Numbered from the whole stretch's first letter, positions 1 to 14,712 are shown. The stretch: 63,855 nucleotides of DNA, filler included, from Reticulomyxa filosa (GCA_000512085.1; 20 parts of 20 records of this genome joined end to end with filler, not necessarily neighbours in it), one strand, 5' to 3'. Numbers and translations: made by a program. Notes: a model not told the origin generated them from the sequence alone.

Positions 1-684
1 TGTCTGGCTTTGATAATTGAGTACTATCACGACAACGTGATGTTCGGAAGTCGTCAGTTGTTCCAATTGATCGTGCCGCTGCAAGCCAACAACGAAATTG
101 AAAAGAAGAAGTGTCTCAAAAAAGCGGATACAGATATGAAAGACATTGTAGAAAAAGAGCAAATGTTTTTGTTTAAAAATACTGTAGACAGTTTGGTGTT
201 GTTTGACAAACTGTTGAAAATTCGAATCAAACAAAAGCGCTATTGCGTGAAGAACTTAGAATGGCGTTCAAGCGACAGCAGCAGATATCATCGCAGCAAA
301 GCGACAGCGAAGACGAATGGGGAATGATAAAGATCAACGACCAATTTATGCAAGACTTTCGCAGGCGGCAAATGCCATTGCGTTAGAACTGGATCGCGAT
401 CTGTTGTTCAATACCACCACGTGCAAGTACTTTGGCTCATTCAAAGATACCATCGCCTAGCGCATTTTGGTACTTCAAGATTGACCCGAGTTACAGTTCG
501 AAATGATCCTGTCTCACTTTGAGGAAATGCTCACGTCCTTAGAACGCTACTACGACTTGGCCAAGCAAGACGGTGAAATCATTGTCACCCGGAACCATTG
601 ACGAAAAGGAAAGACCGCAACACGACTAGTAAAAACAAGAGCTAGCAAAAACAGCAAGACTGTCGAACAGCGGCTGGCGAAAAT

Positions 685-909
685 GTGGAAATTGACTCGG
701 AAGAATATCAAGCAAAGAAAACAGCAGCTCAAGAATTAACCAGTCAAGTATTTGAAATCATAGACGTCCAACACAGTGGTGATCTGAATTTGCGTGAAAT
801 AGAAAATGGATTCACCACCATTGGTTTTGATGATTGGACTCAGATCTTTAAAGCATCACGGCCAAGAGATATCTTCTGCAAAAGCCCAAATCTCACAAGA
901 CAGTATTAG
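685..909 (+). pseudogene. Degraded coding region containing one EF-hand-like motif
   Basis: FEIIDVQHSGDLNLREIENGF resembles an EF-hand loop (DxxxSGxLxxxE); surrounding 1-2640 is coding-like but broken by stops and frameshifts. Confidence 0.4.
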
Positions 910-3871
910 GAGACTAACTGCAGAAAAAGGTGCAAGAAAGACGAATTAAAAAAGAACGCGGTCCTACAAAGAGTGTCAAAAAAATTAAAAAATCGTTGGA
1001 AAAAGAAGAGGATACAAGTCCATTTGTGAAAAAGGAAGAGCCTGATACGTCCGTCACCACACCGTCTTCCATGATCCCGCATATGACCACCACTTCTACA
1101 TCTGTTATTGCTGATGTCAGTATCACCGAAGTAACATCAACAACAATAATAATAGAACTTTCCTTGACAGCGGAAATTGCGACTTCGATTGAAACGGTAG
1201 TATCCTCTCCCGAGAAGCAACGTCAAGTTGCAGATGCTAGTTGAAAAAGCATATCTCCTGTCAACAAACGATGCATCTGCTCTTGCGAAACAAACTGACT
1301 CTGAATTGCAGTCATAGCCCACGTATGCGACTTCGACTATACAATCCGATGCTCCTGTCTCTGCTGCCGCTTCTCCAGCGACGACAACAATGTAAGATAA
1401 TTCGGACGAAAATAAGATCAATACGATTAAACAAAACAGAAGAACAAATGGACTCGTTAAAACTGGTGAAATGCAATATCGAATACAAAAGCAAATACAA
1501 TGACAAAATCATCAACATCAGATTTAACACTGCAACCTCTTTCACGTTGCATCGCTTCTCTCCAATATTGTATAGTCCCATTATACTTGGACGACGATAT
1601 CAACGACCCCTTCAAATATTCGGTGCTGGTATCATATCAAAAATATCACTCAATGAATCCAAACAGTCCAAAAAGGTCTGCCCATTTCAATAACCTTGTG
1701 ATGCAACCAATTCAAAAATAACTGAAAACAAAATATCCTGTATTTGGAAAGACAAAATTAACTTCCTTCCTTTCACATAAAATTGATAGGTTACTGAAAC
1801 GTCTGTTATCAAGTCTGAAATCATATAGCCAACTCGATTTCTGCATCACCGTTTTGTGGCCAACTGGTTCGATACGCAGATGTACATCAAAATCTGAACT
1901 ATCAGAATAATCTCGTTCATGATACATTTTGTATGACGTCTTTTTTTTGACAGAACAGACCCATCGAAAACTTGAGTATTGTTCGACTGTAGGTTTGCAT
2001 TAAATGAAAATTACGTGGCTTTGGCTATTTCAAAAATTTTGTATTGGATTTTTAAGTATGTTGAAAGACTACACATTCTTTCATTTTTTTTTTTTGGACG
2101 GGTAGTTTTTCTTAGTTCAAAACAAATACGAAATATTGAATGATAATCATGATAATATCTTTGTTGTATCCATTGTTTTCTTTTTTGTTCAGTTTGCAGA
2201 AGCTGATATCGCCAAACTTCTTTTCCGACCAAAGAGAGTTGAGCTCGAATCAACAATTGCAAACGAAATCTTCAAAATGGTGTAAATTGTCGCCTTTGTG
2301 AAAAAGGAGATGTTGACTGAAATGAAAGACCTGACGGAAGATTTACAGACTGCAATCAATGTACCAAAGAATGAAAAACCAGCGACTGAACTGGATCGCA
2401 TTGTTTCCAAAAACAAACAGCGCTACGATGCCATCCAACAAGCATTGGATAGCTCAACTGTATTATCACTGAAAGTGATCATAGTCGAACAGACGCATTT
2501 GCTCTTTCTCCTTGAGCCCATCCTAATGCAGACGCTGCCACCACTGAAGAAAAGGCAGTTGTTGCCAATGATATACAAATTAAGTTGGCCCATGAAAATA
2601 TTGTTTGGGAAGAGTCTATCCAACATTTGCAAAACGTTACTTTCACGAATATGTAATCATAAATATGATATTTATTATATATATTATACATATATATCAT
2701 TTGTATGCTATATGTTTGTACAACTGATAATATCAAAAAAAAAAAATTATTTTTTGATTATAAAAGATACAAACTCGAGTGGCGTCGTCGTCAATTAGTA
2801 CTGATTTCGCACCAGTAGTACGGGGCGTTGTATGTGTATGTTGACTGTATTTTGTGTTTACTTCGTGTGTTGTTGTTTTTTTGTGTGTGTATGGTATACA
2901 TAATCACCAACCTTTTTTTTTTTGAATTTGAGTAGATGGTGGCTATGTAGATATTGAAACAATATACAAAAATTGCTCAATGGAATTGAAAAAGACAACA
3001 AACAATTGAAAGAAACGTTGAAAACTCAAGAAGATGCGGTGATAACTCGAATTTATTGTGGACAACGTAGCTTTGCACGACAAGAAATACAAGGCCGCAT
3101 TGACGATTTGCAAAAGCTAAGAAATTTGCATAAAATGCTATCAAAAATCCGACTATCAACGGTGCATCTACTGTCAACACTGCACCAACCACTGATGTAA
3201 CCAACGACACATTGCTTCCACTCCCGAATGACACAGATGATGAAGCAAAAGGACAACTACGACGATTGTCAAAATGGAAGAAGTGATAAAAACACCATTC
3301 TAAGTTTTGTGTGGTATTTTTAGCACTCGAATATTGTTTTTTTGATATTTATTATGTGTTTGTTTGTCTTGTGGTAATTGAATATGTTCAAAAAAAGGGT
3401 ATACAAACAAAACTATACGTAATGGCGAAATGCATTTAGAGATATGATCCGACAATTGTTAGGATTATAACTTCATCATGATAATAAATCAATACCAGAA
3501 TGGTGGTTAGATCACGACTTGCAGCGAATGGAGCATGTACATAGAATCGTGATTAGTGACAATTTGAAAGAAACGCACGAGTCAAAAGCATCAAAATCTG
3601 GCACTATGCGAAGATGCGTATTGTGAATGGGTTGGACCTGAAAGTACATTGATCATGTGTTGTGCAAGCCAGAAGAAGATCTAATTTGACATTTGTATAT
3701 CCCGATGAAATTGAACGAAGATTGCAAGCTAAACACTACTACATTTTGGCGATAGTGTACGATGACCATATTGTGTTATTTGCTCGGCACGACACAGCTC
3801 GAATTTTTGGACGTCTTTATCATCCAATTGCCAAACTTGGAAGATCCCCTTCCATTGGATATACAACTTAC

Positions 3872-4135
3872 ATTTTCGTGTCACCGTCTCGTAATCGCAA
3901 TACCAAATGTACTTTCTTTTTGGATGTTGTAGTCATTCAATGTTCAGCAAAGATCAATAATTGCATCTTCATTGTCTTGGATTTTGGCTTTCACATTCTG
4001 GATCGTGTTGTTGGGCTCGACATCCAACATGATTGTTCCAGTTAAAGTTTTCACGAAGCTATTCAGAATAAAAGCAAATAATCGTCATGTTCATATTAAG
4101 ATAATGCGTACAACATAACATACTTACATTTGCAT
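3872..4135 (-). pseudogene. Polyubiquitin pseudogene (one degraded monomer plus start of next)
   Basis: ATG CAA AT|gtaagta intron (4127-4059, ends ag) then [58 protein letters not shown]|gtaag. Clear ubiquitin motifs with several deletions and frameshifts. Confidence 0.9.
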
Positions 4136-4427
4136 CAACATTTTTTTACTTTTCTTTTTCTTTGAGCTAAGATGATCCAAAAGCACAACAGACTTTTTTT
4201 TAAAGGAGAAACTTCACCTATTGGTCATTGATGATGATGATAAAAAAACTTGCCTTTTTCTGTCAATAAAGGGATTTGCTAAAAACTCTTTTGGCAATTG
4301 CATATATAATATCAAAATTTGTTAAAAGAAAACAAAAGCATTGTCTTCCTTGTATATCTTTCATCATCTTGTCAATCATCATTTTTTATTTATTCAAAAA
4401 AACTATCACTAAACGGCAGACAAAGAG

Positions 4428-4904
4428 TCACGATGATGACAAAGTCGATATCGTTGCCCGCAATGGTATAGCACTGGTCGCCATTTCTCGGTCGCAATTT
4501 ATCTGCGTGTAGATCATTCGGTAATGGCGGATCGACGTAAACACTTGTCTGATGTAAAAGTGCGAACCGTTGGGCGCAAACAAATTGATGTTGTCCACAA
4601 ACATACTTTCACAGACAAACTCGTTGCACTTTAGTCGCTTGTTCAGTTCGCGTAATGCGTCCATTCGTTCCGCTTGACGACTCAGCAATTTGTTCAATTT
4701 ATCAGTGGTTACGTTACTGTATATCATCACTATACCTCCAAAGAAATTTGTATGTAATTGTATTTGTAAAAAAGGAAGCAAAGCAAAAGATAGCTGACAT
4801 GTGTTTTTAATATTTGAATACGTACAGTATAGCCGAAGTATGTTTGGGGCAATGAACTGGAGATTCGTCCGTCGGATGCTGCTGATAATTGGCAGGATTT
4901 GCAA
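4428..4904 (-). CDS. Hypothetical protein fragment, probably spliced or degraded
   Basis: 158-codon open frame with a higher-GC coding-like core; no family recognised. Confidence 0.25.
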   Translation of the reverse strand: MQILPIISSIRRTNLQFIAPNILRLYCTYSNIKNTCQLSFALLPFLQIQLHTNFFGGIVMIYSNVTTDKLNKLLSRQAERMDALRELNKRLKCNEFVCESMFVDNINLFAPNGSHFYIRQVFTSIRHYRMIYTQINCDREMATSAIPLRATISTLSSS

Positions 4905-5670
4905 GTCGATAGTTGGAAGCCAATCTGATCGTCATGTCAACAAGTTACAATGCAATGCGTGCTAACAAGATTTGGACAATGAAATTCTATGCCAAGTTTT
5001 TTTTTTTTGAAGTAGATTTTTTGATGACTAGACTTTTTTAGTTTATTACTTTTCTAGAAATTTCTTACTAAATTCAATTTTGATTTTTTGTTTCAAATAA
5101 ATACAAAATAATATATTTGATAAAGTTTTAAAACAATTTCTTACAAATTTTTAAAATTCATTGAACATATCAAAAAACAAAATTTTTGTTGACAATTTTT
5201 TGATCTAAAAATCCATCAACTAAATAACTTTGTTGACATGTTAATCGTTGCCATTTCTTCGAGATTCCAAAAAAAATGTAGTATTTTTTTTTATACTTTC
5301 AATCAAAAGTAAAGTGAAAAAACTACCTTGATTTCCTAGATCGCTTTTGATCATTTATTTGGAAAGTTATTATTATTATTGAGGACAAATTTATTAATTT
5401 GCAATTTGATAACTATCATTGAAATATGTAATGTTTCTTGAGTGTATTAGGATGCAGAAGTAGAAACAATCCAACATGAAATGATGACTATTTTTTGTTC
5501 TTTTTATCATATTCATTCTAAACTTGTTTGTGATAAAATGAATGTCTATTCTTGTCAATTCCAAAATGCAAAATATTATTGAGGAAAACATTTTGGATAA
5601 TAATTGAGCAAACGTTAATGCGATTTTGGTCTTTTTTTATCGTGTTTATTCATTAAAAACTCAAACTAGC

Positions 5671-5775
5671 TTTTTTGGAGTCGCTCAAATTAATGTAGAG
5701 TTCTTTTGGAATTACTCCAATTAAAGCAGAGTTTTTTGGGTGGTCACTCCAATTAATGTAGAGTTTTTTTTGGAG
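5671..5775. repeat. Degenerate ~31-bp minisatellite, about 3.5 copies
   Basis: Units like TTTTTTGG..TCACTCCAATTAATGTAGAG repeated head-to-tail. Confidence 0.65.
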
Positions 5776-7329
5776 AAGAAATAAGTTACATGCGTGATTA
5801 TCAATTTTTTTATATAATAACAACTTATAGTGAATAAATATCGAAAGAAGTAACTACAAGTAGTACGAGCAGTTGTAACTGCAGTCGCAGTAATAGTTTT
5901 AGTATTAGTTAGCATCACAGCGACAGTAGTGAAAGCACTGACTGTGATCGTTGTAGTCATAGTCAGTTGATAGTTGTATATCATACATATTTACAAATAA
6001 ATATGATTTAATTTTACATTTATGATATTTACATAATTTGTTATTTTATTAAAACATGAAAAACAGAAAATATCAATGCCTAAATAATATTGTTGTTAAA
6101 CTATTTGTAAAAATTACAGAAATATATTATTATTATCTCCTTGTGAAAATTTGATAAAATGAATTATAACAATTAGATTATAAATAAAAATCAAATATTG
6201 AATCAAACTAACCATGATTTTAATCTTATTATAACACATATGAACTACTATATGTTTATCATAATTAATTCATAAATCATTTGATAAAAATGAATAATAT
6301 ATGCAGAAATGTTAGATATTTTGTCAGTATATGATAGTGTTTAGATTGATTTACTAATATCAAATTCAACATCGTAGTATATCAAATATTATTATTGTCC
6401 AAATATTATTTACATTAATGATATTTCTAAACAAATTCAATGTGTTATATTGTTGACTACATTGCATTAAACATTTCATAATATATCTTATGGATGTTCA
6501 AATATCTGTGATTAATAATGGACTCATATTTAACGTACAAAGAATATGTTAATTATGTGTATATGAAAGCTGCAAAAAAACTTGTATATTTGACATTATT
6601 TTATTCTTATAAAGTAATTATTCTCAGTTTGAGTTTATACAATTTGTTTTATAAAATAATAATATGCATGTGCTACTGAATCCCAGAAGAAGAAATTAAT
6701 ATTTTTTTATTCGTATTAGTTAAAAATAAAATAAAAACAAGGACAAAAAATATCACTGAATATGAAACAAAAAAATATGCATTGATGGCAAAACAAAAAG
6801 AATAAATCATAAATTGTTTTCTTGGTCAACACATCGGCAGTGGACACACGTTACCGTTGATTTGTTGTCGACTTCATGGTTGCAGTTGCCCTCCACTTTC
6901 GTCACTGCTTGTCTTTTCGCAGGCACGACTTTCTCGACATTGCTTGCCGCTGTTCGGTCTGTTGCTCTTGTTGCCGGCGCCGTTTTCTTTAACAACAACA
7001 ACATGCAAAAAAAAAAACAAACACAGCGAAAGAAATAAAAAACGTTGAAACAAACAACGGGACGTGAAAGAAAATAGATATTAAAAAATAATGTATTTGT
7101 ACAAATTACAAATGTTCAAGTTTGCGATGATACCATAAAACTGATGTGTCCAAAAATATCTTTTGACATCACACATTCTGCACCAATACTTGGAAACGGT
7201 AAGTATGTGTTCTTCAGACTGTGCAATTGCAAAAAATACATTACACAAACCCACATCAAGATGAATGTTCGAGTGCACATCAATATATAAAACGTATATA
7301 GGAGAAACTTGCACAATGTATTAATTTTG

Positions 7330-7720
7330 ATTTTGAAGTGCGAGTTTCCAAAAGACTTGTTTTGTTCGCAAATGATATACACCCAGTTACTGTTCGAAGG
7401 AAAGCAGGGCAAAACTATTGTAAATGGACGAAAGCAATCTGTACGAATATTGTTTCCATTTTCTACTTTTGAAAAAGTATGTGTGGACTTGATCTGATAT
7501 TTTGTCATGACTGTCGTATCCTCCAAATAAGGGAATAGCATTGCTGACACGTACGTAGGAACAATCGAACACAATAAATTGTGGACTGATTTGGAGTCTT
7601 TCGTACTTAAATCGATTGCTCTTTTCGTGATATTTGATTCGTATCCATTATCTCAATTTAAAAAAACAACATCTCATTTTCCATTTACACAAAGCAATTT
7701 CCTCTATATTTCTTTATTTG
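7330..7720 (-). pseudogene. Kelch-repeat family pseudogene fragment
   Basis: IRIKYHEKSNRFKYERLQ..FDCSYVRVSNAIPLFGGYDSHDKISDQVHTYFFKSRKWKQ..WVYII aligns by eye to LSIKYDEDSNTFQF..YTYVYINNIILFFGGW..VHKYSI..IHIIGG of the gene at 51264; frameshifted. Confidence 0.65.
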
Positions 7721-9183
7721 ATGATACGAGATAATTTTTCAATATCACGTCCTCCAGAATTATTTAATTCAAACTCAGCTATATATATTTTTTTATTCGT
7801 TATGAAGAAATATTAAATTTTTATTGCAAAGGAGACACAAAATAGGTCACAATTCAACTTAAATGTAGGTCATGAGATCCAGAAAATATTGATTAACAAC
7901 TGCTTATATACATTAATATTTTTTTTGCATGATTTAATTTATTTTTCCTTTTGAAATAATGCTTTTTTGGATAAATACATTTTTTTAGTTTGAAAGAGCA
8001 AAGCTTAAACTGATTAGTTGTCAGTTTTAAAAAAAAGGGATTGTTTTAATCAGGTAATGCCTTCAAAAGAAAAATATCCAAAAAAAACATATTCGAAAAA
8101 TAAGTTTCCAAATCAATGGAATTCATGGAATGAATTAAGACGGCAGTGGGGAAACTTGTATCAATCGTTGAAGCCAATTCTTGCCCATACGTTTTTACTG
8201 AATTTGAAAGAGAGCAAATCAATGCTTCAAGAATCTGCAGTTAGTTGCTAAGCCATATGACTGTGTGAAAAAAAAAGTATAAAAAAGGATAGAAAAGTAT
8301 GTATATGGCGTTTGTGCAACCAAATAGAAAGAATACGGAGACAAAAATAAAGTAATAATAGATATTGTAAAAATCTTTCAATTATCATTAGAATCATTTA
8401 GTACTTATTATCGAATGCGTTTTGTTCCGAAGGGCCATTTGCCGAATTCGAACCAATCATTGGCCAACTACTCTTTGTCAAGATACATGACGCCTTATTA
8501 GCAGGATTTCCACAAAGTTATCAAAAAATTATTGTTTCAGCACAAAATTTGAAATAAAAAAAAAAAAAAGAAGACGTCTGTGCGATTGTGTGAGAAATTG
8601 AAGTCGATTTTGGAATGTGTGAATTTACTCCATCTCGAATTTGTGAGAAAGTGTTTTGTTTTTTATTAAAAAAAGACAATGGAATGAGTCCAAACAAATG
8701 ATATGTGTATATGTATGTTGAACAGAAAGATCCGATATGAATTGGATAATAACGTAGTAGAGACCGCGCTGACAGCGCAGCTATAACATTCGCATTCACA
8801 GCAATCACTGAGGAAACTACTAAGCGACGGAATGACAAACAGTACGGGCGCGATGTCTGCCGACAGCATGTTGAAAAAAGACATTATCGGCGAACATAGC
8901 ACACTGAGCAGCCAAGGCAGTGACCTCGCGAACAACGTCGTCTTTTTGTTGGCGTTGCAGCAGTTGAAAAAGCTGCTTAATGAGTTGTCAATTCACTTTG
9001 AATACTTAGTGCCGTTGCACATACAGCTGCATTCCTATCGCTATCACGAAAATTTGCCATGTGGAAGTCAATATTCTTTTGCCACCAAACTCAGCTTGTT
9101 TTTTTGTGATCATAATCTTTTTTTCCACAATTTTTATTCAAATATGTTACATTTAAAAATATATATATATATATAAACTTTAG

Positions 9184-10957
<1,774 letters not shown>

Positions 10958-11298
10958 AATAAATTAGTTTGATATTTATAGTTATGATATTAAATTTAAG
11001 TAAATGAAAGAAAAAATGTTTAATAATATATGTTATATCACAAATGCTATTGCTAAATTAGTTTATATAATTAAATTGTATTACGTTGTTAATCTTCAAT
11101 TTACACATTGAAAAAAATTTTTTTGACTGAATGTTTCGGAAAAATTCAGTTTAAATTTTAATATTTTGATGTAGAATTTTTGATTTTTTATTTGTGCAAA
11201 ATTTGAGTTGTTTTAAGGAACAATTTGGTAAAATACTGTATTGTGACAAAAAAAAGAATCAAAGGTGGAAACATTTTTAAATTTTTCCATTTTTGCTG

Positions 11299-11398
11299 NN
11301 NNNNNNNNNNNNNNNNNNNNNNNNNNNNNNNNNNNNNNNNNNTTAATTAATTAANNNNNNNNNNNNNNNNNNNNNNNNNNNNNNNNNNNNNNNNNNNN
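11299..11398. other. Artificial contig linker (44N-TTAATTAATTAA-44N), first of 19
   Basis: Identical 100-bp spacer with stops in all six frames at 11299, 12983, 14713, 17769, 23738, 26024, 28049, 31934, 34016, 35515, 39599, 48854, 52424, 54230, 56491, 57591, 58775, 61570, 62670. Confidence 0.98.
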
Positions 11399-11759
11399 AA
11401 AAAAAAAAAAAAAATGGTCAGATTAACTTTTTTTTCTTCACATTTGCCGTCGTTGTCGTCTGTTGATATCGTTTCCGGAACCGATCGAATCTTGAAAATT
11501 GATCTTCGCTTGGCAAACATACCTATTCTTTTTGGATACTACATTTTACATTCGAACCAAGTTACTATCAATTGATATATATCTTTTGGCTTCAAACAAA
11601 TATCGCACAACAAAAACAAACAAACAAACCTTGAAAGTAGCGTTATTTGTTGATCATCAGGAGTCCATATGTCTATAAAGAAAACACAAGATATCGCTAT
11701 ATATTTTAAAAAATTATTTCTAAACAAACAAACTTAATTCAATGCCAATGATCTCTCGA

Positions 11760-12982
11760 TCAGCAATGTGATCCGAACAAATATACTTGACCACTCTGGT
11801 ACGATTCTTGGTTGAATTGACTTTTCTTTCAATTTTCAATTGCGTCTTTGCCTTTTTCTCTGGTTACTATGTCTTTGCCGATAGCGAGATTGTTGGTATT
11901 GAGTTGGATGAGTGGCCCGCGAACGCTCGCGATGGCAACACCAATGGCAATATCACATTTGACACACAGCATCTTTGCAAGACGAGACGAAAGCGAAAAG
12001 CTTGATCCAATCTATTCAACGCCACTTGTCTCCACTCAATTGACAAAAACTATACAATTGCTGGTCTTGAATTGGAAGTCGCATTGGAGGTTTTGAGTCC
12101 ACTACTTGAGAAATGAAACCCTTTTGCGTGAAATGACCACGGCATACGTTGGCTTCAAAATATTCTTTCATCACACAGTGTTATTGTACGGCAAGGGTTC
12201 CATTTGTCCAATTCAAACCAACGACCTCTCCTTTCGCGAATCAGTTTCTCCTTCAAGTCTTTCTCGATCGTTTTTGCCATGTAACGTCGACGCCACGGTT
12301 TTTCACACACTGTATTGAAACACATAAAATTATGATAATACAAAGTAAGGATAGCTTTTTTTTTCTAAGCAAGTGGCAGTTTGGTCTTGGAAAAATCGAT
12401 TTTCACTAAGAAACGAACTGTATCAATTGCGCTGTCTCTTGTTCAATAATTCGAATGGCCCAATTTTACGATGGTACAACTGGATGTTATCTCCGACCTT
12501 GAGACTTGGCTTCGTCATCGGGCTTATTGATTTCTTGCATTGGCGATTGCGGCGCGGATCCCAAGTTTTCGACGAAGTTGGGTAGTGAAGTGAAATAACC
12601 ACGTCCGACCATTGACACTGCCACTTGCCCATTTCGGCTCCAATCTGCAAATCTCTTGAAACTTCCACTGGTCCAATACAGCAAACAACTCAAACCTTCC
12701 ACGTGTTGTTCGCGCTCGACTTTCGGGCTTTTTTCACTTCCATCTGCCCGTCTCTTCTTCTTCTTCTTGACATTGCGCTCATGCGCATCTTCATGTTTCC
12801 GGGATAAAATCCCATTTTTTCATTTTCAATCCCCTCCCCCTTTTTACATTTTCTTTATCTTTTTTTTTCTCTTTTAATCTTTTCTTTTCTTTTTTTCACA
12901 TTGTCTTTTTTTAAATTTTTTTTCTTTTTCATTCCAACTTTTTTTTCTTTTTCATTCCAACTTTTTTTTCTTTTATCATTTT
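11760..12982 (-). repeat. Dispersed repeat copy: A-rich leader, hairpin motif, degraded coding-like cargo
   Basis: Reverse complement of 12801-12850 matches 55071-55122; downstream is higher-GC coding-like sequence with no intact ORF. Confidence 0.5.
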
Positions 12983-13082
12983 NNNNNNNNNNNNNNNNNN
13001 NNNNNNNNNNNNNNNNNNNNNNNNNNTTAATTAATTAANNNNNNNNNNNNNNNNNNNNNNNNNNNNNNNNNNNNNNNNNNNN

Positions 13083-14712
13083 ATAGTCATTTGTTTCGTA
13101 ACATTTTCATTCGAAAAACAAAAAAAGAAATGATAATTATTAAAAAATATACTTTGTGGGGCTACGTGTTGGAAGACGAGTAGATCTGCGTGTTGGCCTT
13201 TTATTTAGTACTCTTGTTGGAACAGGGGTTTTGTCTACGAGTTGGCCTTCTTGTTGGAAAACAAGTAGGCGTCTTTGTCGCACTTTTTTTGGAGGTCTGT
13301 GGTTAGCACCTTTGTTGGGACTCTATTTTGTCCATGTTCATAAAAAAAATAATTGATAAATTTGTGGTAGGTAAAAGAAAAAAACGTGTACGTACTTGGT
13401 TGGACAATGAGTTGGTCTACGACTTGGTTTTTGGGTTAGTAATATTGTTGGAAGTTTGGTGAGGCGTTCTTGTTGGCAACAAGGTTGAGAGCAAAGTTGG
13501 AGCCATTGGTGGAGACTCTGGTAAGACGACGAGTACGTCTACGAGTTGGACTTTTTATTGAAAGATGAATTGGTTTTTTGGTAGGTAATTGTGTTGAAGA
13601 TCTAGTTGGTACTCTATTTAATCATTTTTGTCATTCAATGCATTTTCATAAAAATCATAAAAAAGAATGGAGTGTGTATGTCATAACAAACAAACACTTA
13701 CTTGGTGGCAATTTCGTTGGCATTCTTGTTGGTGTTAATGTTGGTAACAAATTTGGAGCCTTGGTAGAAACTTTGGTTGGAGAACGAGTGGAGTCTACGA
13801 GTTGGTCGTCTTGTTGGAATCAAAGTTGATGCCAAAGTAGGAGCCCTTTTTATATTCATACACACAAATTTTATTTAAAAAGCGTTTGTCATAGTCTCAA
13901 TAAACAAATTGCAAACTTTGATGGCAATAGAGTTGGACACGTCTGGTAGGCCTACGAGTTGGTCGTTGGGTTGGTCTGTGAGTTAGCAATTTTGTGAGTG
14001 GCCTTGTTGGTTGTCTTGTTGGTACTTTTGTCGGTGATAACAAAGTTGGAAACCTTTTAAATATTTCATTACAAATTTTTTCTTTTTTTTACAGTTTTTG
14101 ACTTCGCACTCCAAAATAACAATTCAATTTATTCATATAAAAAACAATCGAATCAAAAAATATAGTACCTTGTCGACACTCTTGTTGGAGAACGTAGTGG
14201 GTAAAATCGTCGGTGGACGTGTTGGGAAAAGAGTTGGAACAATTCTGGTATGCACTCTCGTTGGAGATACAGTCGAATGTTGTGGTGTAGGGAAAAGTGT
14301 CGACGGTCTAATAAAAAAAAAAACAAAATTTAAAAATATACTTGCAAAAACTCAATCGTAAAATATGAACAAAAAAAAAAACGCAACACAAACCTCGTAA
14401 GCAATCTTGTAGGAAATTGAGTAGGGATATTCGTTGGTCTTCTCGTAGGGCGATGAGTCATTGAGCGACGGGTTGGTACTTTTGTTGGAGGTCTGGTTGG
14501 CACCTTTATTGGGACTCTATTTTGTCCATGTTCACAAAAAAATTATTGATAAATTTGTAGGAGGGGGAAAGAAAAATATGAGTGAGTACGTACTTGATAG
14601 GAACTCTGGTAGGACAACGAGTCGGTCTATGAGTTAATTTTCTTGTTGGCCGACGAATTGGCTTTCTTGTTAAAATTTTTTTTGGCACCTTATTCAATAA
14701 TTTTTGTCATCC
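13083..14712 (-). pseudogene. Degraded Pro/Thr (PTxxPT) repeat mucin-like gene
   Basis: Many short exon-like blocks translating as PTRRPTRSPTK-type repeats, separated by AT-rich intron-like spacers; frequent stops. Confidence 0.65.

Noticed and set aside
11343-11354. Recurrent TTAATTAATTAA as a biological repeat or piggyBac TTAA target
   Set aside because: Always centred in exactly 44+44 Ns; a synthetic six-frame-stop linker.
12423-12668. Ty3/Gypsy integrase GPY/F tail (LKVGDNIQLYHRKIGPFELL)
   Set aside because: Motif spacing is too short and no RT, RNase H, integrase core or LTR is visible; left as unassigned cargo.
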